Shown piece by piece: positions 12,101 through 19,788 of a stretch of DNA of 44,810 bases (positions are counted from its first letter, which is position 1; every line of letters begins with the position of its first letter). Origin of the DNA: a virus (lineage: Duplodnaviria; Caudoviricetes); the IMG/VR virus record IMGVR_UViG_3300005805_000146, positions 1 to 44,810 of that record, one strand, 5' to 3'. The position numbers were made by a program, and so were the translations under genes. The notes beneath the pieces were generated by a model that was given only the letters and a program-made list of their open reading frames with translations, made no database searches and had not been told where the DNA came from.

Positions 12101-14776
12101 AACGACATAAACAACCTGCTGCGTCAATCTGGTGACAGCATCCAGAAACACACCATAGGTGCGTACCGCAACCCGGCAGGGGAGATGGTGTTTAGAAAAG
12201 AAAAAGCCGTACCGGGTCCAGCTTCGCAGCCTGCGCTGCGTGCATTTGCTGACGACTACATTCAAGAAGACGCGCCTGTTTTTGGTGAACACTTTTTAAC
12301 GTCCGCGGGCCTTGCGTTAAAACAAGCCACGATTGATCGTTGGGCAGGCACTATTGAAGCTGCACGTAAAGGCAAAGTAGCCGAAGAAAAGTTTTACCAG
12401 ATGATGTACTACGCTCGTATTCACGACAACCGTACATCTGTTACAGCTAACGCATTAAATAATGGCGCTCCTGTTATTGAGCAAGACTCTCAAGGTAATT
12501 ACATTTTGTCTGACACAGGCAAAGCGTCAATTAAAGACATGGTAAAGCTTTTAAGTCAGGTAAAAGACATGGGCAATATTGCTGCTGTTACCAAAGACTT
12601 TCAGGCAGGTTTAATGGCTTATCGTGCGCGTGATGTAGGACCACACCGCCTTAACTTTGATAATCCGCCATCACGTAAAGCTATTGATAGCGCCATTGAA
12701 GCATTTGAATCAGTGCCGGAGTTTGTCAAAGCGCGGGAGATATACAATCAGTACAACCGCGACCTGATAACTTTCTTGGTAAAAGCAGGCGCTATTACTA
12801 AAAAACTTGGTGAACAGTTAAGTAAAACCAGCTACGTCCCGTACTACCGCATGGATGGTGATTTTGTTGTGGTGGATTTTGGTGACCGTAATTCGTTGAC
12901 CATCGGCAACGTCAAAGACCAGCCATACCTGCATAGCTTAATAGGCGACAACGAAAAAGTTCGTGGTGACTTTTTTGCAACTATTGTTCAGAACACTTCC
13001 ATGATTGTTGACATGGGGTTGAGCAACATGGCTGCAAAAGAAGTTGCGTTTAGTTTGGAGAGCGTTGGTTTGCTGGAAGGTACGTACAACCCGGAAACCG
13101 GAAAGACCAAAATGATTTTTGATGGCAAAGGTCCTGCCAGCAAAGACGCTAATATATTTCGGTTCAAGATTGATGGAGAAGATAAGCACGTTCGTGTAGC
13201 CACTGAGTCCGTGGGCATCCCATCTCGCTTGATTGTGCAGGGCTTGCACGGCACTACAACAACGCTGGGCGCTGGCATAAAGATGCTTTCTATTCCAGCA
13301 AAACTTCTGCGCACGTTAGTTACACGCTTGCCTTTGTATCCGGCACGGCAGATTGTGCGTGATTCCGCAACTAACTACATGGTGGCAGGCGGCAACATGA
13401 CGCCAATTATCAGCCCTATAAAAGAGCTGATGCAAATGTATGGCGCAGGGTCAGAAGCAGAAAGAACGCTGCAACGCGCAGGTGCGTTGGGTGGACAGAT
13501 CATATCTGGCACGTCAGAAGATATGGAAAAAATGCTTTTGCAACTTATGAAAGGCGACGTGAGCCTTCTTGCCAAACTGGATATGTTGGCTATGAAAGCC
13601 GATGCGTCATCGCGTGTAGCGCTATACAACAGCTACAAGCAGCAGGGGTTGTCTGAAATGCAAGCCACGTTGGCCGCAATGGAATCCATGAACTTTACCA
13701 AACGCGGTACCAGCGGCACGCTGTACGCCTTGAATATGATGGTGCCGTTCTTGAATTCCCAAATACAAGGTATCAACGTGCTGTTTGAGTCCATGCGGGG
13801 TAAGTTGCCATACTCAGAACGGTTGGGAATCCAGCGTAAACTGGCGGTGCGGGGTGCGTTGTTAGCCATGTTTACATGGGCGTACGCTGCGGCAATGCAG
13901 GACGATGACAAATACAAGCGCGCCAAACTACGTGACAGACTTAACAACTTCTTTGTCAACATACCGGGCGTTGAAGAACCGCTACGCATTCCCATACCTT
14001 ATGAAGCGGGATTGATTTTTAAAGCGCTGCCAGAGGCCATATTCTTGGCTGCAGGAAAAGACGAAGAATCCAAACGAGTGATTGACGCTTACACAGACCT
14101 GTTAACCAAAGCGTCGCCGCTGGGTCCTTCTACGTTTGTGCCGCAGGCAGTTAAGCCCATACTGGAAAGCATGCTTAACAAATCGTTCTACACCGGAGAA
14201 GACATTGAGTCACGCTCAGAACGTGCGCTGCTACCGGAAGAGCGTATAAGGGATAAAACGTCCAGCGCTGCTGCACAACTTGGAAAAGCCTTTGGCGTGT
14301 CGCCTGTAAAAGTAGACTACACGGTTAACGCCTATACCGGTGGCTATGGAGTGTTACTCATGCAGATGGTCGGTGCGCTCTTGCCCACTACAGAACGTCC
14401 AGAAGCTCCATCACGTGCGCTGTCTGACCTGCCGCTGGTTGGTTCTATGTTCCAGCCTGTCAATGGCCTCTCGCAGCTCGATACGTTCTATGAGAAAGCA
14501 GAAGAATACAACCAGATCAAAACTACATTTGACCTCTACGTGCAGCAGGGACGCGAGAAAGATGCGCAGGAGATAGCTGACATGTACGGCAAAGAGCTTG
14601 TCATGGACAAGCTGGCTGATAAGGTCAAGGTGAAGCTAGGTGAGTTCAAGAAGATGGAGAACTTGATACGCGCGTCTGATCTAAGCAGAGATGAGAAGGA
14701 AGAGCGCATTAAAGAGATACGCCTGTATAGAGAAGATTTTGCACGAGCGTTTAATACCGCAGCGCGTTTACAGTAA
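6173..14776 (+). CDS. Giant internal virion (polyvalent) protein with zincin-like HExxGH motif and C-terminal LPD38-like domain
   Basis: 2867-aa ORF; N-terminal Gly/Ala hydrophobic segment; long coiled coils; AAHELIGHYG near 11680-11705; C-terminal NFTKRG / PFLNSQIQG / IPIPYE / SPVKVDY motifs resembling LPD38. Confidence 0.7.
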   Translation: MPIARFQLPDGRVARYEVPEGTTPEQAQAMIAQSLGMREEKEQAPRRPGILESGLGGLEKLLSSQRTALATPLGAQEAARAGLERARGLEEKYPSQLSLEAVKQIYEKEGLLPAAGEVLRQTPHFIAEQVPQLGEMLAGGRLGAMAGAPAGPVGAGVGAIAGAVAPLILQAYGTGAERRELEGLEPDVVKTGAAAVATAGTEFAATMIPLGGKLVSRMVGLPERALGGKLAEESMKKALAKGAAVGVAAEVPEEAFQQMLERWQANLPLTNDAALKEYAEAAYGATLFGGPFGAGARAVQRGQARKEVAAEEAAAAREKTRQEQEKQREYLQSEEYLLGAESRADELIQERDRLKAERDAAVGKRPSKKDKAGRAAYDETAEPYNEKLREIFAELNPLQQTLARNKDRIAELKEQARLRNLTPEEYLLEEAGATLPVKKETKAEAETQADEITAWWEKTGKKEKKEPRQQALDDALEGLRYFDRVQNPQDVAQVLATDPDLINGVLSGELVIPEYAAKEGARTPEEKADAKQIKQKRALLNELLQQYKKRVGEVIGGRREAGLRAAEKETVRQESIRGEEAALRRIGELDVERRKMGKTRTPTSISATLAQITSELEAKAKGKEPAVSVKQLEESLAQETGKAPSVLTAVQNVVEERAPEFYGKKEPGQKATPLEDTALVQNLRRLMASTIANGIKQEKTDDEIYDALASKKEGMLGEALRPYSAKDRKVIKEIIAQAREATTVVEPEEEEEKLGAIPGVVGAAPEGEVGTPSPLTARRPYQRAVKQLTERANSYATAKDAALQEIQDYIDDLAQDRTLEGARAKEASYTKDALNRRIRAAKQAYTEAAVYEAAYRRQAEGLQPLTNQQVKIAASLFNMYLNQLILPRKEAQNKYKIFEQLDTVFDRLSTQGPEKRRIEPEGGLRRQGAAREAERVAEARGEKEPTLGRELGKREKYVANMVERVLQTRVPSRQIEGVQGVRKQELVPELERAFNKALDVIYTNRSSRELLDAVEDAADRSLRGQDVTDVTAPINEALRTLSKVEEDVTKQASLFGKKEDIATVRANFTNFAKYLQSKEVQALRQALREVEVNDVDLDLRKKIVDTLRAQEVEQQLDLIRFAEEAGVDVEYSKDLSRAEDRLLATQTRLANVEKTIANAAKEKREKQKKQTRAWPLVTLMTVTKDLQGQIKDLTTSTAENMAELEKLIRAEYGRIKYDEIINNLDAQIKDALFWRDKAKQQLDKINKTLRGQTEIPAVQLFYNDVVILGRKAEALQNEIELARAKQNLFFNEKSFFNAQKYYTEAQDALIELVGKGYSETNTPSGLKFKRDLLETELRQIRNTVKTDANAQKLKTVADNKVAQIKDVNAQIEEAQEKINSLQKERDSLREELMLPALLAASDKRIVAMKDRIAVLEKRLQDIDLRSNEQIAAEKEAAALRQKIAVETAATEKVQNAANVARMRAEENLQQGLGLPGGIYERQRATQAMNRVRRVLAGEAKLKEKIDALKDVLAKAPKEKEAALQKRIAKAERQLNKYRTQVLMPAQAIAQEAGIKIPAEVTAPFGKPPVKSKPVTKERGLMSEETAAEAAARRAEEATREEIPAELKLSPTEQAIAAAETARILTQQAKDTRIKPTKRTRPQRIRSTAAQEEYVRSSPRYIAAVKEYGPRSVEAVRAAKQSGVEYFVKLGAGLTEGEYAGKKSTFRTQVDKGFEPVKTKAAQFKEKDLQKAISQFVVSKKDGTVLRLGEKVVTNPISKEEAQKFAARLKSNLPKNIKFYYTYDVTGIPEHILAHMREQKVNLADPESTVKGGVTPDGSVLIIGNQHESLLDLEVTAAHELIGHYGIDTMLGRKGMLGLLNAVENKAGGMLGFARELGVEKYVEEINVATDNSVAAAQARGDSAADIQDIRDNGRMTALREMIARVAEQPVLAGQTTAPAKTQTATNRIQEFIKKIIAALRTALIKYGFSKYIDLSTNDINNLLRQSGDSIQKHTIGAYRNPAGEMVFRKEKAVPGPASQPALRAFADDYIQEDAPVFGEHFLTSAGLALKQATIDRWAGTIEAARKGKVAEEKFYQMMYYARIHDNRTSVTANALNNGAPVIEQDSQGNYILSDTGKASIKDMVKLLSQVKDMGNIAAVTKDFQAGLMAYRARDVGPHRLNFDNPPSRKAIDSAIEAFESVPEFVKAREIYNQYNRDLITFLVKAGAITKKLGEQLSKTSYVPYYRMDGDFVVVDFGDRNSLTIGNVKDQPYLHSLIGDNEKVRGDFFATIVQNTSMIVDMGLSNMAAKEVAFSLESVGLLEGTYNPETGKTKMIFDGKGPASKDANIFRFKIDGEDKHVRVATESVGIPSRLIVQGLHGTTTTLGAGIKMLSIPAKLLRTLVTRLPLYPARQIVRDSATNYMVAGGNMTPIISPIKELMQMYGAGSEAERTLQRAGALGGQIISGTSEDMEKMLLQLMKGDVSLLAKLDMLAMKADASSRVALYNSYKQQGLSEMQATLAAMESMNFTKRGTSGTLYALNMMVPFLNSQIQGINVLFESMRGKLPYSERLGIQRKLAVRGALLAMFTWAYAAAMQDDDKYKRAKLRDRLNNFFVNIPGVEEPLRIPIPYEAGLIFKALPEAIFLAAGKDEESKRVIDAYTDLLTKASPLGPSTFVPQAVKPILESMLNKSFYTGEDIESRSERALLPEERIRDKTSSAAAQLGKAFGVSPVKVDYTVNAYTGGYGVLLMQMVGALLPTTERPEAPSRALSDLPLVGSMFQPVNGLSQLDTFYEKAEEYNQIKTTFDLYVQQGREKDAQEIADMYGKELVMDKLADKVKVKLGEFKKMENLIRASDLSRDEKEERIKEIRLYREDFARAFNTAARLQ

Positions 14777-14960
14777 AAAGCACACCAAACTTACCGTCCA
14801 TAATCGCCGGTGTTGCTTTACCGCGTATGCGGTGGCGAAGGGCTTCCTTCAAGCCTTCCTCCCGCGTCTTGGCAAAATTCAAACTTGGAACAAAAAAGCC
14901 CCCGTAAGGGGGCAAATCCAACCACGGATATTTAATCTTCAGTTTTTTCGTGTGTGGCAT
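14751..14960 (-). CDS. Small hypothetical protein (MPHTKKLKIKYPW...), 69 aa
   Basis: Last gene of the minus-strand operon; start overlaps the primase 3' end; convergent overlap with the giant gene. Confidence 0.55.
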   Translation of the reverse strand: MPHTKKLKIKYPWLDLPPYGGFFVPSLNFAKTREEGLKEALRHRIRGKATPAIMDGKFGVLFTVNALRY

Positions 14961-17865
14961 CGTAAACACTCTTGGGCTGGCTGATCTTGACCACGTTAAC
15001 ACGCATCGGCGGTCCGTTGGTCTTGCGTAGCAGATCAAAACGCTTGATGTACTGAACGTGATATTTCAGTTCAAGCTCGGCTTTAAAGTCCACATAACCG
15101 TACCCCATCGCGGCACAGTGCCCTTTCAGTTGTTGTTCCTCAATGTAAAAGTCCACGTAGCCCGGTGATACCTCGTGCTCCACCCGGCCAGCGACCTTGG
15201 TCTTCAGGGTGTTTTTCTCCACCAACGTATCGTCCCCGAACCGTGCGCCCAGCGGGTCAGCCGCAGAGAACACTACCAGATTGCCGTAGAACGCCGTGGT
15301 GTAGTCGGACAGGATGTCTTCTGCCGTGCGTACCGAACCCTGCATCTGGCCGCGCTGCTCCGTCACCATCTTCTTCAACGACCTGATAATTCCCTCAACT
15401 GGCAGATTAATAATGCCTGCGTAGTTGTCGCCCAGAAGAATCGCTGCGGCCACGTTGGCGGTGCATCCTGCCAACCAGAAGCGCTCATCGTCAACGATAT
15501 TAAACTCTTTCTTCAACCGCGCACTGACTTCAGCCAGCACACGCTTGACAGTTTCTCGGTTCTGCAAAACCCATTGTATGAACAGCGGACCCGCCACACC
15601 GTAGTTGTCATCGTACGTTTTGATCAGCGCCAGCTCAGCGTCTGTCCAGCGCAGCTTCATGCGTGGGTTGTACTCCAGCATACGGCGAAGCTCGCCTTCG
15701 GAAGAGTGCTTACGTGTGCCGGTCATGTAGTCCAGCACAATCGTGTTGGAGGCCATCAAGCACAAGCCTTTCCAGAACGACGTGTTAATCCGTTCCTTGT
15801 TGGCACCGCCCTCCATCCTGTCCTTGCCGCCTCCCTCGCTATAGCTAAAGCAGAAGGTAGGGAACCACTCCAGCTTCTCCCGATTCTTGGTCGTGATCTC
15901 ATCCGAGATCAACGGCTCACTGTTTAACAGACCGGCTCTTTGCAGCATCGCTACGTCAGAGGTCGCAGCGTTGACACGGTAGCGGTTGGGGTGCCCCCAG
16001 ACAGACGCTGCCATGCGCAGGGTGTACGACTTACCAGTGCCTGACTCACGGTGGCCGAGGTGAAACGTCATGCCATCGATGCCGGTGAACTCCATCAGGA
16101 CAGAGCCAAACCCTGACATGGCGCAGGCCAGCAGAGGGTGCAGCACGTCTATCGTATTCAAGCTGGAGGACGCCAGTAATGAGAAGCGCCTTCTCCACCC
16201 ATCCAGTGTGCCCTGCCTGTCTGTTGCTTGAAACACGTTCTCCAGCCCCGGCATGGGAATCTTTCGCAGCACGTTGTCCATGCTGTAGATGGTGTTGTGA
16301 TGAACAAACGTCCCGTCCTTCTGCCAGCCGTAGCTAGCAGGCACACCCACTGCACCACGCTCTGCGCTGTAGTTCTCCACGCAGGCACGCACATATGTGA
16401 AGAGGTGCGCATCGTTACCTGCACCAAACGCAGCGATGATGTTCTGCGCTGCCAGCGCTTTGGCTAACTCTTCTTTGCTGATGACAACCTTCTGCGGGAA
16501 CAGAATGTCCACCGCACCTTCAGGACGCAGCGCCACCATATGTACGGTATGGTCGCCGCCCACAGGTTTTAGTATGTCCATGATGAACAGGTCGTACGCC
16601 AGAATCATTTTTTGTTCCGTAACCGAGTCGCCATCCTCGGTCGCTGTCTCGACTTCCCGATAGACGCCACCCTGACGACCGTACGCGAACCCGCGAGGCG
16701 GTGACGGTCTAACGTACGTAACTTCCGGTGCTTCCACCCCACTACCTGAGCCATCGTGTTCAACAGGCGTCGCCGTAAGTATCTTTTCCTCAGTTTCAAC
16801 TTGCACCTCCCGCCCCAGCGCCAAAGGGTTGGTGATCTTCCCAAAGTGTTTGCACCCTGCGCACACGCCGGGGTTTTCGCTGTCGAACTTTACGCAAGGG
16901 TAGGGTCCCTTAATTTCGCGCAGCTTTTGCGCCATCCTCTCTTTTGTGTACGGGTGTCGGTCTGTAAGAAAGTTTGCTGCCTTTACACCGTCCTCGCATT
17001 TAATTGCGATGGACAGCATGCCGCGCCAGAGAGGCTCCATGCCATCATCCTGCGCGTTGTCCAGATAGTATTTGAGTTGGCCGCAGCCTTCCCCTTTCGC
17101 GGTTTTCTGAAGGATTGTTTTAAAGAACGTCGCTGAGTTCTCAAACAGTTTGATTGTGGTGGCGTTCTTGGGCAGCGTGGGGCGCTTCCCCGGCAGTGTG
17201 TCAAAGACCGGCATGGGTTCTTGCAGCATCTCTGTGACCATTGATGCGAACGCGTCGAACTCAAACATCTCAGGCTTTGGCTCCTGCCAGACGACCACCG
17301 GCAGCGTGATGCCGTACTTGCGCACCCGCTTCCAGTTTGTTGTACCCGGCACGCGCAGAACCCGCGCTGCATCAGCAGGCACGGACATGTCGATCTTCAG
17401 CCCTTCCTGTTTGCACAGGCGCTTGAATCTCTCTGCTACAGGCTTCCACGCAAAGATTTCGACGTTAGCAGTCAGCGGCCAGTACACATGGTAGCCCCCG
17501 CCTGAATCCACGACCAGCGGTGCGCCAAGCCTATTCAGCCCGGTTTTACCAAGAAAAGCGTTCAGTGCGGCAAGGCCATCTTCTTTCGTGGCGTACGTTT
17601 TCGGTCCATCTTCCGCGCAGTCAATGTCGAGAAAGAACGAGCGCATGACCTTGGCGTTTTCAGCCGTGCGGTCACCTGAGTGTTTGTACGCCGCCAGCGC
17701 AAAGTACGCATCCTTCTGGTCACGGTCAAACTGCGCCGCATTTGCAGCCAGTTCTTCCAGCGAGTTGCCGAAGATGTGTTCTTTTTGCCGGGAGTCGAAT
17801 TCCGCTACGCAGTAATAATTTTCCGCGAACGGTAGCACTGCCGCCAGAAACTCTAGCGGTTCCAT
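14932..17865 (-). CDS. Primase-helicase: N-terminal AEP-type primase, Cys-rich linker, DUF927/Cch-like helicase
   Basis: FFLDID, SGGGYHVYW and RVLRVPGT primase motifs; CVKF...CAGC; Walker A ESGTGKS and Walker B ISDE. Alternative start at 17877. Confidence 0.85.
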   Translation of the reverse strand: MEPLEFLAAVLPFAENYYCVAEFDSRQKEHIFGNSLEELAANAAQFDRDQKDAYFALAAYKHSGDRTAENAKVMRSFFLDIDCAEDGPKTYATKEDGLAALNAFLGKTGLNRLGAPLVVDSGGGYHVYWPLTANVEIFAWKPVAERFKRLCKQEGLKIDMSVPADAARVLRVPGTTNWKRVRKYGITLPVVVWQEPKPEMFEFDAFASMVTEMLQEPMPVFDTLPGKRPTLPKNATTIKLFENSATFFKTILQKTAKGEGCGQLKYYLDNAQDDGMEPLWRGMLSIAIKCEDGVKAANFLTDRHPYTKERMAQKLREIKGPYPCVKFDSENPGVCAGCKHFGKITNPLALGREVQVETEEKILTATPVEHDGSGSGVEAPEVTYVRPSPPRGFAYGRQGGVYREVETATEDGDSVTEQKMILAYDLFIMDILKPVGGDHTVHMVALRPEGAVDILFPQKVVISKEELAKALAAQNIIAAFGAGNDAHLFTYVRACVENYSAERGAVGVPASYGWQKDGTFVHHNTIYSMDNVLRKIPMPGLENVFQATDRQGTLDGWRRRFSLLASSSLNTIDVLHPLLACAMSGFGSVLMEFTGIDGMTFHLGHRESGTGKSYTLRMAASVWGHPNRYRVNAATSDVAMLQRAGLLNSEPLISDEITTKNREKLEWFPTFCFSYSEGGGKDRMEGGANKERINTSFWKGLCLMASNTIVLDYMTGTRKHSSEGELRRMLEYNPRMKLRWTDAELALIKTYDDNYGVAGPLFIQWVLQNRETVKRVLAEVSARLKKEFNIVDDERFWLAGCTANVAAAILLGDNYAGIINLPVEGIIRSLKKMVTEQRGQMQGSVRTAEDILSDYTTAFYGNLVVFSAADPLGARFGDDTLVEKNTLKTKVAGRVEHEVSPGYVDFYIEEQQLKGHCAAMGYGYVDFKAELELKYHVQYIKRFDLLRKTNGPPMRVNVVKISQPKSVYDATHEKTED

Positions 17866-17878
17866 TATTGCCCCCATG

Positions 17879-18037
17879 TTAGCGCCAGTCGCTGCGGCGT
17901 TCGTCGTGTATTAACTGCTCAAAGCGTTTGATGATCTCCTCCTGCCATTCTTTTGTTAATTGTCCTTGCGCAAGCAATTGGTCTGCGTACCTGACCAGTT
18001 CTTTGTCCGTCAGGTGTGAAGGTTGAACGCTGAACAT
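17879..18037 (-). CDS. Small hypothetical protein (MFSVQPSHLTDKELVRYAD...), 52 aa
   Basis: Read manually (below the ORF-track cutoff); GGAG upstream; fills the gap between the HTH and primase genes. Confidence 0.6.
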   Translation of the reverse strand: MFSVQPSHLTDKELVRYADQLLAQGQLTKEWQEEIIKRFEQLIHDERRSDWR

Positions 18038-18288
18038 ATTCTTCTCCGGGCTTCCTCCAGCGTGGGGGAGGTCTGCAGTATGTTTAAGAGGGAGGACACG
18101 GCGCTGCGGTACGGTTGCAGGATTTCCCCGCCATTGAACCAGTTGTATACCGTCTGACGCGTAGCGCCCGTGGCCTCGGCAATAAGTGTGACAGGCACGT
18201 CCAGATGGACGCAGTACCGCCCAAGCTGGTTGCCCAGCGTCTTGGGGGATTTATAAACTCTGTCTGTAACAGTCGGTGAGTAAGGCAT
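18010..18288 (-). CDS. Cro/XRE-like helix-turn-helix protein
   Basis: VTLIAEATGATRQTVYNWFNG is a canonical HTH. Start taken at MPYSP. Confidence 0.8.
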   Translation of the reverse strand: MPYSPTVTDRVYKSPKTLGNQLGRYCVHLDVPVTLIAEATGATRQTVYNWFNGGEILQPYRSAVSSLLNILQTSPTLEEARRRICSAFNLHT

Positions 18289-18310
18289 AGGTATGTAAGG
18301 TAGTTTGGGG

Positions 18311-18392
18311 TGCGGGGTCACTGACCGAGGTGTAAATCCGAAAGGGGTAGTCAGCCCCCGCTGCCGGTGTTATTAGCGCCACCTCCGGCTGG
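18311..18392 (-). other. Structured intergenic element (two stem-loops) between ssb and the HTH gene
   Basis: On the minus strand, GCCGG...CCGGC is followed by GCGGGG-GCUGAC...GUCAGU-GA-CCCCGC; there is no U-tract. Confidence 0.4.
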
Positions 18393-18403
18393 GCTAGCTT
18401 GCA

Positions 18404-19312
18404 TTAGTCGTCAGTGTCATCCCACGCATCGACGATCTTGGCAAGATCGGCTTGCGCTTTGGGCACGTTTGCACCAGCGCTCGTTTCCTTGCGCACGGCG
18501 GGTTCATCAGTCTCTTCTTCCTCGACCTTGGGCTTCGTCACTTTCTTGACTGCCTTGGGTGCGGAGCCTGCTACCTCAGCCTGTGACACAGGCTTGGCAT
18601 CGGTTTGAGCAACCGTCATCGTGACAGCGTTGATCGCCTCACGGGTCTGGCCTTTCTCAACGGACACCGCGTACTCGTCGTCAGTCAGCCAACGCTTCGC
18701 TTCGAAGAACAGCTTGGGAACCGGAGCCTTGGTATCAAACTTCAGACGTGTCACCACTGCATCAGGACCTGCGCCCATAGCAGCCATGTAACGTGCGTAC
18801 GCTTGCAGCGGACGGTTCTTGCCTTCTTCCTTACCAAAGATAGACTGTGCAGGCAGCGAAAGCTGCAGCACGTCGCCCTGCATATCGTTCTCCAGCACAA
18901 CAGCAAGACGCTGGCTGTAACGGCATGCGCGGCTAGTGCCATCACCTGAACCCGCGATGTTCTGCGGACAGGACGCACAGGTTAGCGATTGAGGCTTCTC
19001 GGCCTTGGCATCAGGGCGCTCGCCATCTGCCGACCAGCAGTCAGGCGCAGTGGTCTTGCCTTCCTCGTACTTGCCCATGTAGAAAGTGCGCGACACCTTG
19101 GGTGCAGCGTTAACTATCACCACGTCAAGATAACGCTCATCGATGGAAGCGATCTCTTCACCACCTGAGATCAGACGAAACACACCGCCCTTGATAGAGA
19201 CGCGCTTACCGCCAGCGCCTTCACCAGCCAGAGCTTTGGTAACGGCAGATACTGCACCGCGCTTAACAAACGAAGGTAGAGTCTGAGGATTGAATTCAAC
19301 AATATTAGACAT
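18404..19312 (-). CDS. Single-stranded DNA-binding protein (phage type, Cys-containing, acidic tail)
   Basis: RVSIKGGVF, LDVVIV, CWS / CASC / CRY, acidic C-terminus DAWDDTDD; located in the replication module. Confidence 0.7.
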   Translation of the reverse strand: MSNIVEFNPQTLPSFVKRGAVSAVTKALAGEGAGGKRVSIKGGVFRLISGGEEIASIDERYLDVVIVNAAPKVSRTFYMGKYEEGKTTAPDCWSADGERPDAKAEKPQSLTCASCPQNIAGSGDGTSRACRYSQRLAVVLENDMQGDVLQLSLPAQSIFGKEEGKNRPLQAYARYMAAMGAGPDAVVTRLKFDTKAPVPKLFFEAKRWLTDDEYAVSVEKGQTREAINAVTMTVAQTDAKPVSQAEVAGSAPKAVKKVTKPKVEEEETDEPAVRKETSAGANVPKAQADLAKIVDAWDDTDD

Positions 19313-19320
19313 GGATATAC

Positions 19321-19725
19321 TCACTTAGAAGGTTTACGAACACTGATCTGATACTGGGTATCAGAGTTAAGCCCCGGTGGAACAAGTCCGGGATTTTCTT
19401 CAAGGAACTGCGCCATGTTGCGCTGGGCAATGCGCCTTTCCAGAAGGTCAACGGCGTCGTTCTGGATGACAAACTCTTTGAACGACCCCCAATCTTGGGT
19501 GGTGTAGCGGGTCTTGGTGCCAAGCATGACCGTGCCGGAGTCCGTGCGCATGCTTTTTGTGCCCAGCGCCAGCATCTGATCTTTCATGGCGGACTCAAGC
19601 TGGTTCTCCTGCTCGTCCAGCGCGGCCATATCTTCTTCGTACTTTTGGGTCAGCTCGCTCTTTGCGGTGCGTATCTTGAGATACGCCTTGGCGAGCTTAT
19701 CCATTGGAATAATCTCGGTGTTCAT
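19321..19725 (-). CDS. Conserved phage coiled-coil protein of the replication module
   Basis: Start reassigned to MNTEIIP (AGGAG SD); N-terminal coiled coil, DWxxF and VPPGL motifs. Confidence 0.7.
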   Translation of the reverse strand: MNTEIIPMDKLAKAYLKIRTAKSELTQKYEEDMAALDEQENQLESAMKDQMLALGTKSMRTDSGTVMLGTKTRYTTQDWGSFKEFVIQNDAVDLLERRIAQRNMAQFLEENPGLVPPGLNSDTQYQISVRKPSK

Positions 19726-19759
19726 ACTTTCTCCTGTGGTTGGGGTGCTGCTGTCAAAG

Positions 19760-19788
19760 ATTTTACAACTGGGCTTTTTATGATGCAA
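19760..19788 (-). promoter_or_regulatory. sigma70-type promoter TTGCAT-17-TAAAAT
   Basis: -35 at 19783-19788 and -10 at 19760-19765, upstream of the 19725 start. Confidence 0.6.

Noticed and set aside
6173-14776. N4-like virion RNA polymerase using hairpin promoters
   Set aside because: No recognisable RNA polymerase catalytic motifs; the protein instead shows zincin and LPD38-like features.
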